NCBI GenBank assembly: GCA_015231405.1
Contig: JADGBR010000001.1
Coordinates: forward strand, 219,964-283,963
Length of the DNA: 64,000 nucleotides
Direction: 5' to 3'
Source: Candidatus Omnitrophota bacterium
GTDB lineage: Bacteria; Omnitrophota; Gorgyraeia; Tantalellales; Tantalellaceae
Of this stretch, positions 54,505 through 62,817 are shown in pieces. A program made the translations under genes and the position numbers. Below the pieces are notes generated by a model. It made no database searches and had not been told where the DNA came from. It was given only the letters and a program-made list of their open reading frames with translations. Every line of letters begins with the position of its first letter. The first letter of the stretch is position 1.

Positions 54505-55309
54505 ATTGCTGAGAAGGACCCTGGTGAGCATTCTTTTGGTGTCTTTCATCTGCTGTGTCATCTACGTTTTTCCCGTATGGCTGTTTGTATGTGTCGTCGC
54601 AGGTTTTATCGGGATAGCCCAGTTCGAGTTCTTCAAGATGGCAGGCAACAGGGGAATATTCGTTTATAAATATTTTGCTGTCATAGTGGGCTCCATGGTC
54701 CCGGTCGTTATTTTTGCCGGGCACAATGTCGCGGGTCTTAAGAACCTTGAGCCGCTCCTTATAACTTGCGCGAGTTTGTTCGTTTTTGTCCTGCATTTCA
54801 TATCGAACGACAATGACAGGGATCACCTGGTTTCGATATGCGTTACCCTTTTTTCGTTATTGTATATAAGCTGGTTCTTCTCTTTTTTCGTAAAGCTACG
54901 ACTGCTCGGTAACGGCGCCAACTTCGTAGCGTATATCGTCATGGTGACAAAAGGAGCCGATATCGGGGCTTATCTGGGCGGGACCAGGTTCGGGAAGAAT
55001 GAGCTGATCCCCAAGATCAGCCCTAATAAGACCATGGAAGGTACTTTTTCGGGAATACTTACCGGCCTTATACTCTCAGTGACCTTCGGTAAAGCGCTGA
55101 CCGGTTTTTCTTTTTGGCATGCCGCGATACTGGGTTTTACTCTTAGCATTGTCGGCCAGTTGGGTGACCTTGCGGAAAGTCTTATTAAACGTGATTGCCG
55201 CGTTAAGGACTCGGGACCGTATCTGGCTGATATCGGCGGGATCTTAGACCTTATCGACAGCCTGCTATTCACGGTGCCTATTTTCTACTACTACACATTG
55301 GCGTTCTAG
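54497..55309 (+). CDS. cdsA: Phosphatidate cytidylyltransferase
   Basis: Multi-pass membrane protein with C-terminal CdsA signature SGILTGLILSV..K.D.G.L.PGHGG-like region (GGTRFGKNELIPKISPNKTMEG, KRD..VKDSG...GGILD..DS). GTG 54497 preceded by AAGGAGG. Confidence 0.8.
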   Translation: MDKLLRRTLVSILLVSFICCVIYVFPVWLFVCVVAGFIGIAQFEFFKMAGNRGIFVYKYFAVIVGSMVPVVIFAGHNVAGLKNLEPLLITCASLFVFVLHFISNDNDRDHLVSICVTLFSLLYISWFFSFFVKLRLLGNGANFVAYIVMVTKGADIGAYLGGTRFGKNELIPKISPNKTMEGTFSGILTGLILSVTFGKALTGFSFWHAAILGFTLSIVGQLGDLAESLIKRDCRVKDSGPYLADIGGILDLIDSLLFTVPIFYYYTLAF

Positions 55310-55313
55310 AAAT

Positions 55314-56456
55314 ATGAAAAAAGTTGTTTTGTTGGGATCAACCGGTTCGGTGGGAAGGAGTCTCCTTGACATAATAAGGAGATATCCACGCGAATTCGAA
55401 CTTACCGGGATGTCCGCTAATTCCAGCGACAGCCTTTTTATCGAGCAGATAAACGAGTTCAGGCCCGGACGGGCTTCCATCTCAAGCGATAAGCTCGCCG
55501 CCGGCATCCAGTCGAAAGTATCTTCCCGCACGAAAATATATTCCGGGCCTGGCGCCGCTTCGGAAATAGCCTCTAAAAGTGACGCCGATATAGTTTTTAT
55601 AGCGATATCCGGAACGTCGGCGTTGATGCCGCTGGTTGCCGCGATCAAAGCCGGCAAGAAAATAGCTCTTGCGAGCAAGGAGCCTATAGTTTCGGCCGGA
55701 AAGCTCATAATGGAGATGGCCCAGCGCCACGGGGCCCAGATCATACCGGTGGATTCGGAGCACAGCGCTATACAGCATTGTCTTGAGGGCTGCGATATAC
55801 GGGATGTCGAGAAGCTCTACATAACCGGTAGCGGCGGGCCTTTGTGGGTCAAAGAAGGGTGCGATATGAGCGACCTTACCACCGAAAGGGTCCTCAAACA
55901 TCCGAAATGGAGCATGGGCAGGAAAATAACGGTCGATTCGGCCACGTTCATGAACAAAGGGCTTGAGATGATAGAAGCCAGATGGCTGTTCGGGGTTGAA
56001 TTTGAAAAAATTGACGTTGTTATACATCCTGAGGCTATAGTTCATTCGCTTGTGGAGTTCGTCGACGGCACCATTAAAGCTAGCCTGTTCAACCCGGACA
56101 TGAGATTTCCTCTCCTCCGGGCACTGGCACACCCCGGGAAATTATCATCGGATCTCCAAAGGGTGGACCTCATCAAACTAAAAAAAATGAGCTTCTACAA
56201 GCCGGATAAGAACTGCGAAAAGGCCATTGAGATCTCCAGAGAGGCACTCGGTCAGGGTGGGACGATGCCCGCGGTCATGAACGGGGCCAATGAGTCGGCG
56301 GTCCATTTTTTTCTCGAGGAAAAGATAAGATTTAACGATATTATGGATATCGTGTGTAAGGTCATGCAGAAACACTGTCCGGTACGTGAACCGGGGATCG
56401 ATGAGATAATCCTAGCCGAAAAATGGGCCGGGGAGGAGGTAAGATCGTTTTGTTGA
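55314..56456 (+). CDS. dxr: 1-deoxy-D-xylulose 5-phosphate reductoisomerase
   Basis: LGSTGSVG NADPH motif, DSEHSA, NKGLE.IEA signature; 380 aa. Confidence 0.9.
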   Translation: MKKVVLLGSTGSVGRSLLDIIRRYPREFELTGMSANSSDSLFIEQINEFRPGRASISSDKLAAGIQSKVSSRTKIYSGPGAASEIASKSDADIVFIAISGTSALMPLVAAIKAGKKIALASKEPIVSAGKLIMEMAQRHGAQIIPVDSEHSAIQHCLEGCDIRDVEKLYITGSGGPLWVKEGCDMSDLTTERVLKHPKWSMGRKITVDSATFMNKGLEMIEARWLFGVEFEKIDVVIHPEAIVHSLVEFVDGTIKASLFNPDMRFPLLRALAHPGKLSSDLQRVDLIKLKKMSFYKPDKNCEKAIEISREALGQGGTMPAVMNGANESAVHFFLEEKIRFNDIMDIVCKVMQKHCPVREPGIDEIILAEKWAGEEVRSFC

Positions 56457-57562
56457 GCATATTGATCGTAATATTAGTCTTTGGCGTGATAATACTGGTT
56501 CATGAAACCGGGCATCTTTTCGCGGCGAAAAAGGCCGGGATAAAGGTCGAGGTGTTTTCACTGGGTATGGGTAAAAAGCTCATCGGCATGCAGATCGGCG
56601 AAACAGAATACAGACTGTCGCTCGTGCCTTTTGGGGGATATTGCAAAATGGCCGGAGAGGATCCGGAAGACAGAAAAGGCAATGAGAACGAGTTTGGATC
56701 TAAACCCGTCGGCCACAGGTTCTGGGTGATCATTGCCGGGTCATTGATGAATTATATTTTCGCTTTTCTCCTGTTTTGGGTGATATTCATGGCGGGCGTC
56801 CCTACGATGTCAAATAAGATAGGGCAGGTCCTCGCCGATTATCCCGCGCAAAAAGCCGGCATCGCGATAGGGGACAGGGTGAATTCGATCAACGGCGCTA
56901 AGATAGAGTACTGGGAAGATTTACTGTCCGCAATACAAAAGTATTCCGAGGGGGGCAAGGACCTCGAACTTTCCGTGGAAAGGAACGGTGCTAACATGCA
57001 GTTCCGCGTAAAGCCGGATGTTCATGAAGTGAAGAACATATTCGGGCAGGTGATCACGCGACCTATGCTTGGTGTAGGTCCGGCTAGCGAGATAACAGCG
57101 GTAAGGTACGGGATAGTTAAATCCTCCTATTACGCCGGTAAGCATCTCTTCGAGCTGTCGGGAATGACCTACAAAATGATGTGGATGATACTTACCAGGG
57201 GAATGCCCGTTAAAGACACTATGTCAGGGCCGATAGGGATAGCTTTCTTCATAAAACAGGCGGCTTCGACAGGGATCATCCCGCTCCTGGTCGTAATGGC
57301 GCATATAAGCATGGCTTTAGCAATATTCAATATGCTCCCTTTTCCCGTTCTCGACGGAGGTCACGCGGTTCTATTATTAATAGAGAAGATCAGGGGCAGG
57401 GCGCTCAGCATGAAGATCCAGAGCGCTATGGCGAATGCCGCCGTTGTTCTTTTGATCGCGCTTGCTGTATTCATAAGTTTTCATGACATTATGAGATTTA
57501 CGCCTTTGGGGAAGGGTAAGGTCTTTCAGGAGGCGACGGGAAAGAACGTATCCGAACCATAG
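56423..57562 (+). CDS. rseP: RIP site-2 zinc metalloprotease RseP family
   Basis: HETGHLF (HExxH) in first TM, PDZ domain, C-terminal LDGG motif (NMLPFPVLDGGH). Start uncertain: ATG 56423 overlaps dxr by 34 nt; a TTG at 56447 preceded by GGAGGAGG is the alternative. Confidence 0.8.
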   Translation: MGRGGGKIVLLSILIVILVFGVIILVHETGHLFAAKKAGIKVEVFSLGMGKKLIGMQIGETEYRLSLVPFGGYCKMAGEDPEDRKGNENEFGSKPVGHRFWVIIAGSLMNYIFAFLLFWVIFMAGVPTMSNKIGQVLADYPAQKAGIAIGDRVNSINGAKIEYWEDLLSAIQKYSEGGKDLELSVERNGANMQFRVKPDVHEVKNIFGQVITRPMLGVGPASEITAVRYGIVKSSYYAGKHLFELSGMTYKMMWMILTRGMPVKDTMSGPIGIAFFIKQAASTGIIPLLVVMAHISMALAIFNMLPFPVLDGGHAVLLLIEKIRGRALSMKIQSAMANAAVVLLIALAVFISFHDIMRFTPLGKGKVFQEATGKNVSEP

Positions 57563-57571
57563 TCGGTATTT

Positions 57572-58651
57572 ATGATAAAAAGAAGAAAGACGAGAGTTGT
57601 TCGAGTCGGCAAAGTGAAAATAGGCGGCGATAATCCGGTGAGCGTCCAATCCATGACAAAGACAAGGACGCGGGATGTGGAAATTGTCCGTGACGAGATC
57701 CGGAGATTATCCGTGTCGGGATGCGAGATCGTTCGTGTGGCGGTAAAGAGCCCGGAAGACGCTCGCGCTATCCGCGAGATCAAAAATGAGATTTCATTGC
57801 CCGTCGTAGCCGATATCCATTTTGATCATATGCTGGCGCTCCTTGCCATCGATAATGGCGCCGACAAAATACGTGTAAATCCCGGGAATATCACAAGGTC
57901 CGATCATCTTAACGCAATAATAGACAGATCGAAGGAGAAAGGTATAGCCGTAAGGATAGGGCTCAATTCTGGATCGCTTCCCGCCCCGAGAACGGACAGG
58001 AAAAGTCCCGATGAAATAATGGTGGACGAAGCACTGAGATATATCGATATCTTTGAAAAAAAAGGGTTCGACGACCTTGTAGTCTCTCTTAAATCATCCG
58101 ATATAATCACCACGATCAAAGCTTACCGCGATATAGCGCCTAAAACGGATGTCCCTTTGCATCTGGGTATAACCGCGGCGGGAACGCCTTCAGACGGGAT
58201 AGTAAGGTCCAGCGTAGGGATAGGCTCACTTCTGGCCTCAGGGATAGGGGACACTATCCGGGTCTCTCTTACCGGTGATCCCGTCCTTGAGGTTGAGACC
58301 GGGAAGCGGATACTTCAGTCGCTGGGACTCAGGGAGTATGGCCATAAGATCATTTCATGCCCGACCTGCGGGAGATGCCAGGTCGACATGGTGGTGATAA
58401 CCGGTGAGATAGAAGCCAGGCTCAAGGGGGAAATATCAATTCCCGGATCGAAGAAATTGAATATCGCCGTCATGGGCTGCGAAGTGAACGGTCCCGGCGA
58501 AGCCAAAGATGCGGACATAGGGATCGCTTTCGGCAGCAATAAGGGAGCTATTTTCTCAAGGGGAAATATTGTCAAGACGGTGAACGTCGATGAGGCGGTC
58601 GAGGAGTTTCTTCGGTTGATCAGGGAGATGGCGGTTAAGGGAAAACAGTAA
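57572..58651 (+). CDS. ispG: 4-hydroxy-3-methylbut-2-en-1-yl diphosphate synthase
   Basis: VQSMT.T.T.D, TIM barrel plus C-terminal 4Fe-4S domain with CPTCGRC..GCEVNGPGE; 359 aa. Stop codon lies inside a GTAACCAG repeat element. Confidence 0.9.
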   Translation: MIKRRKTRVVRVGKVKIGGDNPVSVQSMTKTRTRDVEIVRDEIRRLSVSGCEIVRVAVKSPEDARAIREIKNEISLPVVADIHFDHMLALLAIDNGADKIRVNPGNITRSDHLNAIIDRSKEKGIAVRIGLNSGSLPAPRTDRKSPDEIMVDEALRYIDIFEKKGFDDLVVSLKSSDIITTIKAYRDIAPKTDVPLHLGITAAGTPSDGIVRSSVGIGSLLASGIGDTIRVSLTGDPVLEVETGKRILQSLGLREYGHKIISCPTCGRCQVDMVVITGEIEARLKGEISIPGSKKLNIAVMGCEVNGPGEAKDADIGIAFGSNKGAIFSRGNIVKTVNVDEAVEEFLRLIREMAVKGKQ

Positions 58652-58716
58652 CCAGTAACCAGAAAACAGATGGGGACGCTTCATTCCTTTACTCTGGTAA
58701 CTGGTTTCTGGTTACT
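58646..58716. repeat. GTAACCAG inverted-repeat element (family 2, copy b) overlapping the stop codon of ispG
   Basis: 5' arm cagtaaccagtaaccag (58646-58662; 16 nt identical to copy a), 3' arm ctggtaactggtttctggttact (58694-58716; 21/23 identical to copy a). ispG stop TAA (58649-58651) is inside the 5' arm. Confidence 0.7.
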
Positions 58717-58760
58717 AAGCTTTAAAGGGGTATTTAAATGGTGCAAACGAGGAGACAAAT

Positions 58761-60479
58761 ATGAGATGGTCACGTTCATTCATCCCGACTATCAAAGAAG
58801 ACCCGCAGGAAGCTGAGGCCATAAGCCATAAGCTTATGGTGCGGGCGGGCCTGATCCGAAGGCTGACAGCAGGAGCCTATTCATATCTGCCCATGGGGTT
58901 TAGAGCCCTGGAAAAAGCGCAGAAAATAATCTCCGAAGAAATGAACGCGGCAGGGGCCGCACAGCTCCTCATGCCTGCTCTTCAGCCTATCGAGCTTTGG
59001 GAACGGACCGGCAGGGATAAGGTGATCGGTGACGTTATGATAAGGTTCATCGACCGGCATGGAAGGCAAATAGCGCTTGGACCGACACACGAGGAAGTTG
59101 TAACGGATATCGTTGCCCATGAAGTACGTTCCTATAAGGACCTGCCCGTCATACTTTATCAGATACAGTCGAAATTCAGGGATGAGATCAGGCCGCGTTT
59201 CGGGGTTGTCAGGAGCTCGGAGTTCATAATGAAGGACGCGTATAGTTTCGATGTTGACGCGGAAGGTCTTGAGGAAAGCTATAAAAAAATGTTTGCGGCT
59301 TATTGCAGGATATTTGAAAGATGCGCTCTTCCTTATGTGCCGGTAGAGGCCGATTCCGGCATGATGGGCGGCAGCGTATCGCATGAGTTCATGGTACCTT
59401 CGGAGATCGGAGAAGACAGGATAGCGGTGTGCTCTTCGTGTAAATACTCGGCTAGTCTTGAAGTCGCCCCAGTCGTCCATAATGAGGACGATCCTGGAAT
59501 GAACAGTGCGAAAGATGTTCTAGGAGAGGTTTCGACGCCTGGCTCGAGTTCAGTCAAGGATGTCAGCGCTTATTTGAAAGTTAAGGAATCAGATCTAATT
59601 AAGACACTGATATTTAAGGCGGATGACATCCCGCTCGCTGTCCTTCTTAGGGGAGACCATGACGCGAACGAAACAAAGATAAAAAAAGAGCTTGGTATAC
59701 GCACGCTTTCTCTCGCAGACGCCGCTCTGGTAGAGAAAGTTACCGGCGGGGCTATGGGGTTTTCCGGGCCTTTAGGGCTATCTATTCCGGTGTATGCCGA
59801 CAACTCGATAAGGGAAGCGAAGAACTGGGTAGCGGGAGCTAATAAAAAAGATACGCATCTCGTTAATGTTTGTAATGACCGGGATTTTAAAGTCAGCAAG
59901 TTCATTGACGCGCGCCTTATTACGGGGGATGATCCGTGTCCAAAATGCGGAAAGAAAATCGAGGTCAAGAACGCCGTAGAGATAGGGCATACATTCAAGT
60001 TGGGAACAAAATATTCCGAGCCGCTCGGAGCCGGCTACCTGGATAGGAACGGCGTACAAAAGCCTATAGTGATGGGTTGTTATGGAATTGGTGTGAACAG
60101 GATATTAGCTACATGCATAGAAACATCGCACGATAAGGACGGGATAATCTGGCCGAAGAGTCTTGCGCCGTTCGCAGTTGTCGTGATCCCCCTGAACAGG
60201 GACGACGCCGAGGTCAGCAGAATATCGGAAAAAATATACGCGGAACTATTAAGAGAGAATGTGGAGGTCCTCCTGGATGACAGAGACAACAAATCACCCG
60301 GAGTAAAGTTCAAGGATTCTGATCTTGTAGGGTTCCCGCTGCAGGTAATAATAGGTAAAAAAAGTCTGGAGAACGGGAAAATTGAAATTAAAACTCGAAA
60401 AACAGGAGAAAAAAGTCTGGTTGATATCGATATGGCCGTTACATGCATAAAAAAAATGGTATCGAACGCTGTTTCTTGA
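58761..60479 (+). CDS. proS: Prolyl-tRNA synthetase (bacterial type with editing insertion)
   Basis: Class II motifs (FRDE.RPR.G..R..EF.MKDAYSF), INS editing domain, C-terminal anticodon-binding domain; 572 aa. Confidence 0.9.
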   Translation: MRWSRSFIPTIKEDPQEAEAISHKLMVRAGLIRRLTAGAYSYLPMGFRALEKAQKIISEEMNAAGAAQLLMPALQPIELWERTGRDKVIGDVMIRFIDRHGRQIALGPTHEEVVTDIVAHEVRSYKDLPVILYQIQSKFRDEIRPRFGVVRSSEFIMKDAYSFDVDAEGLEESYKKMFAAYCRIFERCALPYVPVEADSGMMGGSVSHEFMVPSEIGEDRIAVCSSCKYSASLEVAPVVHNEDDPGMNSAKDVLGEVSTPGSSSVKDVSAYLKVKESDLIKTLIFKADDIPLAVLLRGDHDANETKIKKELGIRTLSLADAALVEKVTGGAMGFSGPLGLSIPVYADNSIREAKNWVAGANKKDTHLVNVCNDRDFKVSKFIDARLITGDDPCPKCGKKIEVKNAVEIGHTFKLGTKYSEPLGAGYLDRNGVQKPIVMGCYGIGVNRILATCIETSHDKDGIIWPKSLAPFAVVVIPLNRDDAEVSRISEKIYAELLRENVEVLLDDRDNKSPGVKFKDSDLVGFPLQVIIGKKSLENGKIEIKTRKTGEKSLVDIDMAVTCIKKMVSNAVS

Positions 60480-60497
60480 TGTTAAGATTTATTAAAG

Positions 60498-60526
60498 TTG
60501 CCAGTTTATTGCTCCTCTGTTATAAT
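60498..60526 (+). promoter_or_regulatory. Near-consensus sigma70 promoter upstream of the PilZ gene
   Basis: TTGCCA (60498-60503), 17-nt spacer, TATAAT (60521-60526). PilZ ATG at 60560. Confidence 0.55.
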
Positions 60527-60559
60527 GCAATTGTTAGATAACTGACAAAAGGGGTTGAA

Positions 60560-60895
60560 ATGATAGAAAGAAGAAAGCACCTGAGGCTTCAGCTTAACCA
60601 TAAGATCTTGTTCAGGGACTCATCGAAAGAAACGCCATACCATAGCGAAGGCATAGGTTCTTCATTTGATGTTTCAAGGGGGGGCTTAAGGGTGAACCTG
60701 AATTCTCCGATCACCGTAGGTAAAAAACTCGACCTAACCATAATGAATAATTCCAAGGATGAACCCGTTTCGGCCTTAGCGCAAGTTGTTTGGAGCAGGT
60801 TGAACGAGGACAGCTCTTATACTGCCGGAATGAAATTCATGAAAATAGGATGGACGGAGAGCGACAAACTGTTCGCTCCCGCTAATCAGGCCTAG
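60560..60895 (+). CDS. PilZ-domain protein (predicted c-di-GMP receptor)
   Basis: RRKHLR (RxxxR) at residues 4-9 and DVSRGG (DxSxGG) at about residue 37, then a short beta-barrel region; 111 aa. Own near-consensus promoter upstream. Confidence 0.7.
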   Translation: MIERRKHLRLQLNHKILFRDSSKETPYHSEGIGSSFDVSRGGLRVNLNSPITVGKKLDLTIMNNSKDEPVSALAQVVWSRLNEDSSYTAGMKFMKIGWTESDKLFAPANQA

Positions 60896-60958
60896 TACCT
60901 CGTACCCGCACCGTATTTCATATCTCAGGTCAAATACCGATCCATCCCAATTACAGAC

Positions 60959-60986
60959 TTGACATAACCTATTTTCTCCATATAAT
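60959..60986 (+). promoter_or_regulatory. Consensus sigma70 promoter (TTGACA-16-TATAAT) upstream of rimP-nusA-infB
   Basis: TTGACA 60959-60964, 16-nt spacer, TATAAT 60981-60986. Both hexamers match consensus exactly. Followed within about 25 nt by an intrinsic terminator. Confidence 0.55.
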
Positions 60987-61009
60987 AGGATAATCGTACC
61001 GGAATATAT

Positions 61010-61037
61010 AAGTGGGCAGATGCCCACTTATTTTTTT
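61010..61037 (+). terminator. Rho-independent terminator-like hairpin with T7 tract (possible attenuator or end of a tiny transcript)
   Basis: aagtgggc-agat-gcccactt perfect 8-bp GC-rich stem (61010-61029) followed by TTTTTTT (61031-61037). About 55 nt upstream of rimP ATG. Confidence 0.6.
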
Positions 61038-61090
61038 CAAGGCAGGCCATTGTCTTTTACTATCGCACTTAAAAAGATAAGAGTACTAAT

Positions 61091-61549
61091 ATGAAGAATG
61101 TGGAATATGAAGACCAAATACGAGATTTTATTGAATTGACTGCTGGTAGTAAGGGTTTTTTTTTATTGGATATATTCAGGAAGGACAACAGGATAGAAAT
61201 AATCCTCGATAGAACGAACGGTATAACCCTTGACGAATGTGCATCTTTCAACAGGGCCGTAGTGAAATGGATGGAAGAAAATGACAAGATCCCTGATAAT
61301 TTGATTGTTGATGTTTGTTCTCCGGGATTAGACCGGGAATTAAAGAAAACAAGAGATTTTCAATGGGCCTCCGGTAAACACGTGCATATAATTACCCGTG
61401 AACCTGTTGGAGGAAAACGGGAGGTCTACGGGATATTGACCCTCAAAGAGGAAGGCGTCGATATCCTGACAGAAGAAAACGGGTTGACACTTTCTATCCC
61501 GTTCGGCAATATTGTCAAAGCGAGATTGTTTCCTAGTCTGTTCAAATAA
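61091..61549 (+). CDS. rimP: Ribosome maturation factor RimP
   Basis: I.ELTAGSKGFFLLDI.. RimP N-domain; 152 aa directly upstream of nusA. Confidence 0.85.
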   Translation: MKNVEYEDQIRDFIELTAGSKGFFLLDIFRKDNRIEIILDRTNGITLDECASFNRAVVKWMEENDKIPDNLIVDVCSPGLDRELKKTRDFQWASGKHVHIITREPVGGKREVYGILTLKEEGVDILTEENGLTLSIPFGNIVKARLFPSLFK

Positions 61550-61564
61550 TATGGAGATCATACA

Positions 61565-62797
61565 ATGAATGGCGAATTATTGACGGCTTTAGAGAATCTT
61601 GAAAGGGAAAAAGGGATAAGTAAAGAAGTTCTTTTTTCCGCTATTGAAAGCGCTCTTGCCAGCGCGGCGTATAAGATCCTGGATAACCCGAACTTATCCA
61701 AGGAAAGTATATCCGTAGTGATGGACAGGTCCACAGGCAACATCACGGTCTTTAACGGAGACGAGGAGATAAGGAGCACCAGGTTCGGCAGGATAGCCGC
61801 CCAGACGGCCAAGCAGATCATGATCCAAAAGATCCGGGAAGCCGAAAGGTCCGTGATCTTCGATAAATATTCGGAAAAGGTCGGTGAGATAATCAACGGC
61901 GCCGTGCACAGGTTCGAGAAGGGGAATATCGTGGTCGAGCTGGACGAAGCCGAAGCTATCCTTCCTAAAAATGAGCAGCTTCCCAGGGAGAAATTCAGGC
62001 AGGGGCAAACGATAAGGGCGTATTTGCTCGAAGTACAGAAAAAGACCGGTAACCTGGACCTGATATTATCGAGGGCGCACGCCGGTTTTGTTAAAAAGCT
62101 TTTCGAAATGGAAGTTCCAGAAATAGCACAGGGGATCGTTACGATACGTTCGATAGCCCGGGAACCCGGCGACAGGACAAAGATCGCCGTATGGTCCCAT
62201 GACGATAAGATCGACGCCGTTGGCGCATGCGTCGGGATGCGTGGCGCAAGGGTCAAGGAGATCGTCCAGGAGCTTAACGGAGAAAGGATAGACATAATCA
62301 GGTGGAACGACGATATACAGGAATTCGTGCAGGCCGCGGTAAGTCCGGTGGAATTATACAGCATGGAGATCGACAGGGATAAACGCGAAATAAAGGTGAC
62401 AGTCGCTAAAGACCAGCTGGCTCTGCTTATCGGCAAAAAAGGGAGGAATATACGGCTGGCGTCCAGGTTGATCGGTTGGGAAATTAAAGCCGATTCCGTT
62501 ATAGAGACTGTCAATGTATCTATAGAATCCATAAACGCTATCGGCGATGAAGATAAGAAACGCCTGCTAGACGCGGGATATGCCGGAACAGAAAAGTTAA
62601 TTGAGGCCGGGGTGGAGATCTTGTCCAAAATCGAAGGTTTTAGCCCCGAAAAAGCTAAAAAGATCATCGAGATATGCGAAAAAGCCGCCGGTGAAAGCGC
62701 AAAGGAACAGTCGGCGGAAGAAACTGTAGCTGGAACAGAGACTGAAGAGGATAGTTCGGGCGTGGAGAGCACTCAGGATGTAAAGCCCGAGGATTAG
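61565..62797 (+). CDS. nusA: Transcription termination/antitermination factor NusA
   Basis: N-terminal RNAP-binding domain ([18 protein letters not shown]), S1, tandem KH domains (GKKG.NIRLAS.L.GW.I); 410 aa with acidic C-terminal tail. Confidence 0.95.
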   Translation: MNGELLTALENLEREKGISKEVLFSAIESALASAAYKILDNPNLSKESISVVMDRSTGNITVFNGDEEIRSTRFGRIAAQTAKQIMIQKIREAERSVIFDKYSEKVGEIINGAVHRFEKGNIVVELDEAEAILPKNEQLPREKFRQGQTIRAYLLEVQKKTGNLDLILSRAHAGFVKKLFEMEVPEIAQGIVTIRSIAREPGDRTKIAVWSHDDKIDAVGACVGMRGARVKEIVQELNGERIDIIRWNDDIQEFVQAAVSPVELYSMEIDRDKREIKVTVAKDQLALLIGKKGRNIRLASRLIGWEIKADSVIETVNVSIESINAIGDEDKKRLLDAGYAGTEKLIEAGVEILSKIEGFSPEKAKKIIEICEKAAGESAKEQSAEETVAGTETEEDSSGVESTQDVKPED

Positions 62798-62817
62798 AAC
62801 GATACCGGAAGGGGAAA

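Noticed and set aside
61558-62772. 404-aa minus-strand ORF covering almost all of nusA
   Set aside because: Ser/Leu/Ile-rich low-complexity translation typical of the antisense frame of a purine-rich gene. The + strand encodes a fully recognisable NusA (NTD, S1, KH) with RBS and synteny, so the antisense ORF is a shadow.
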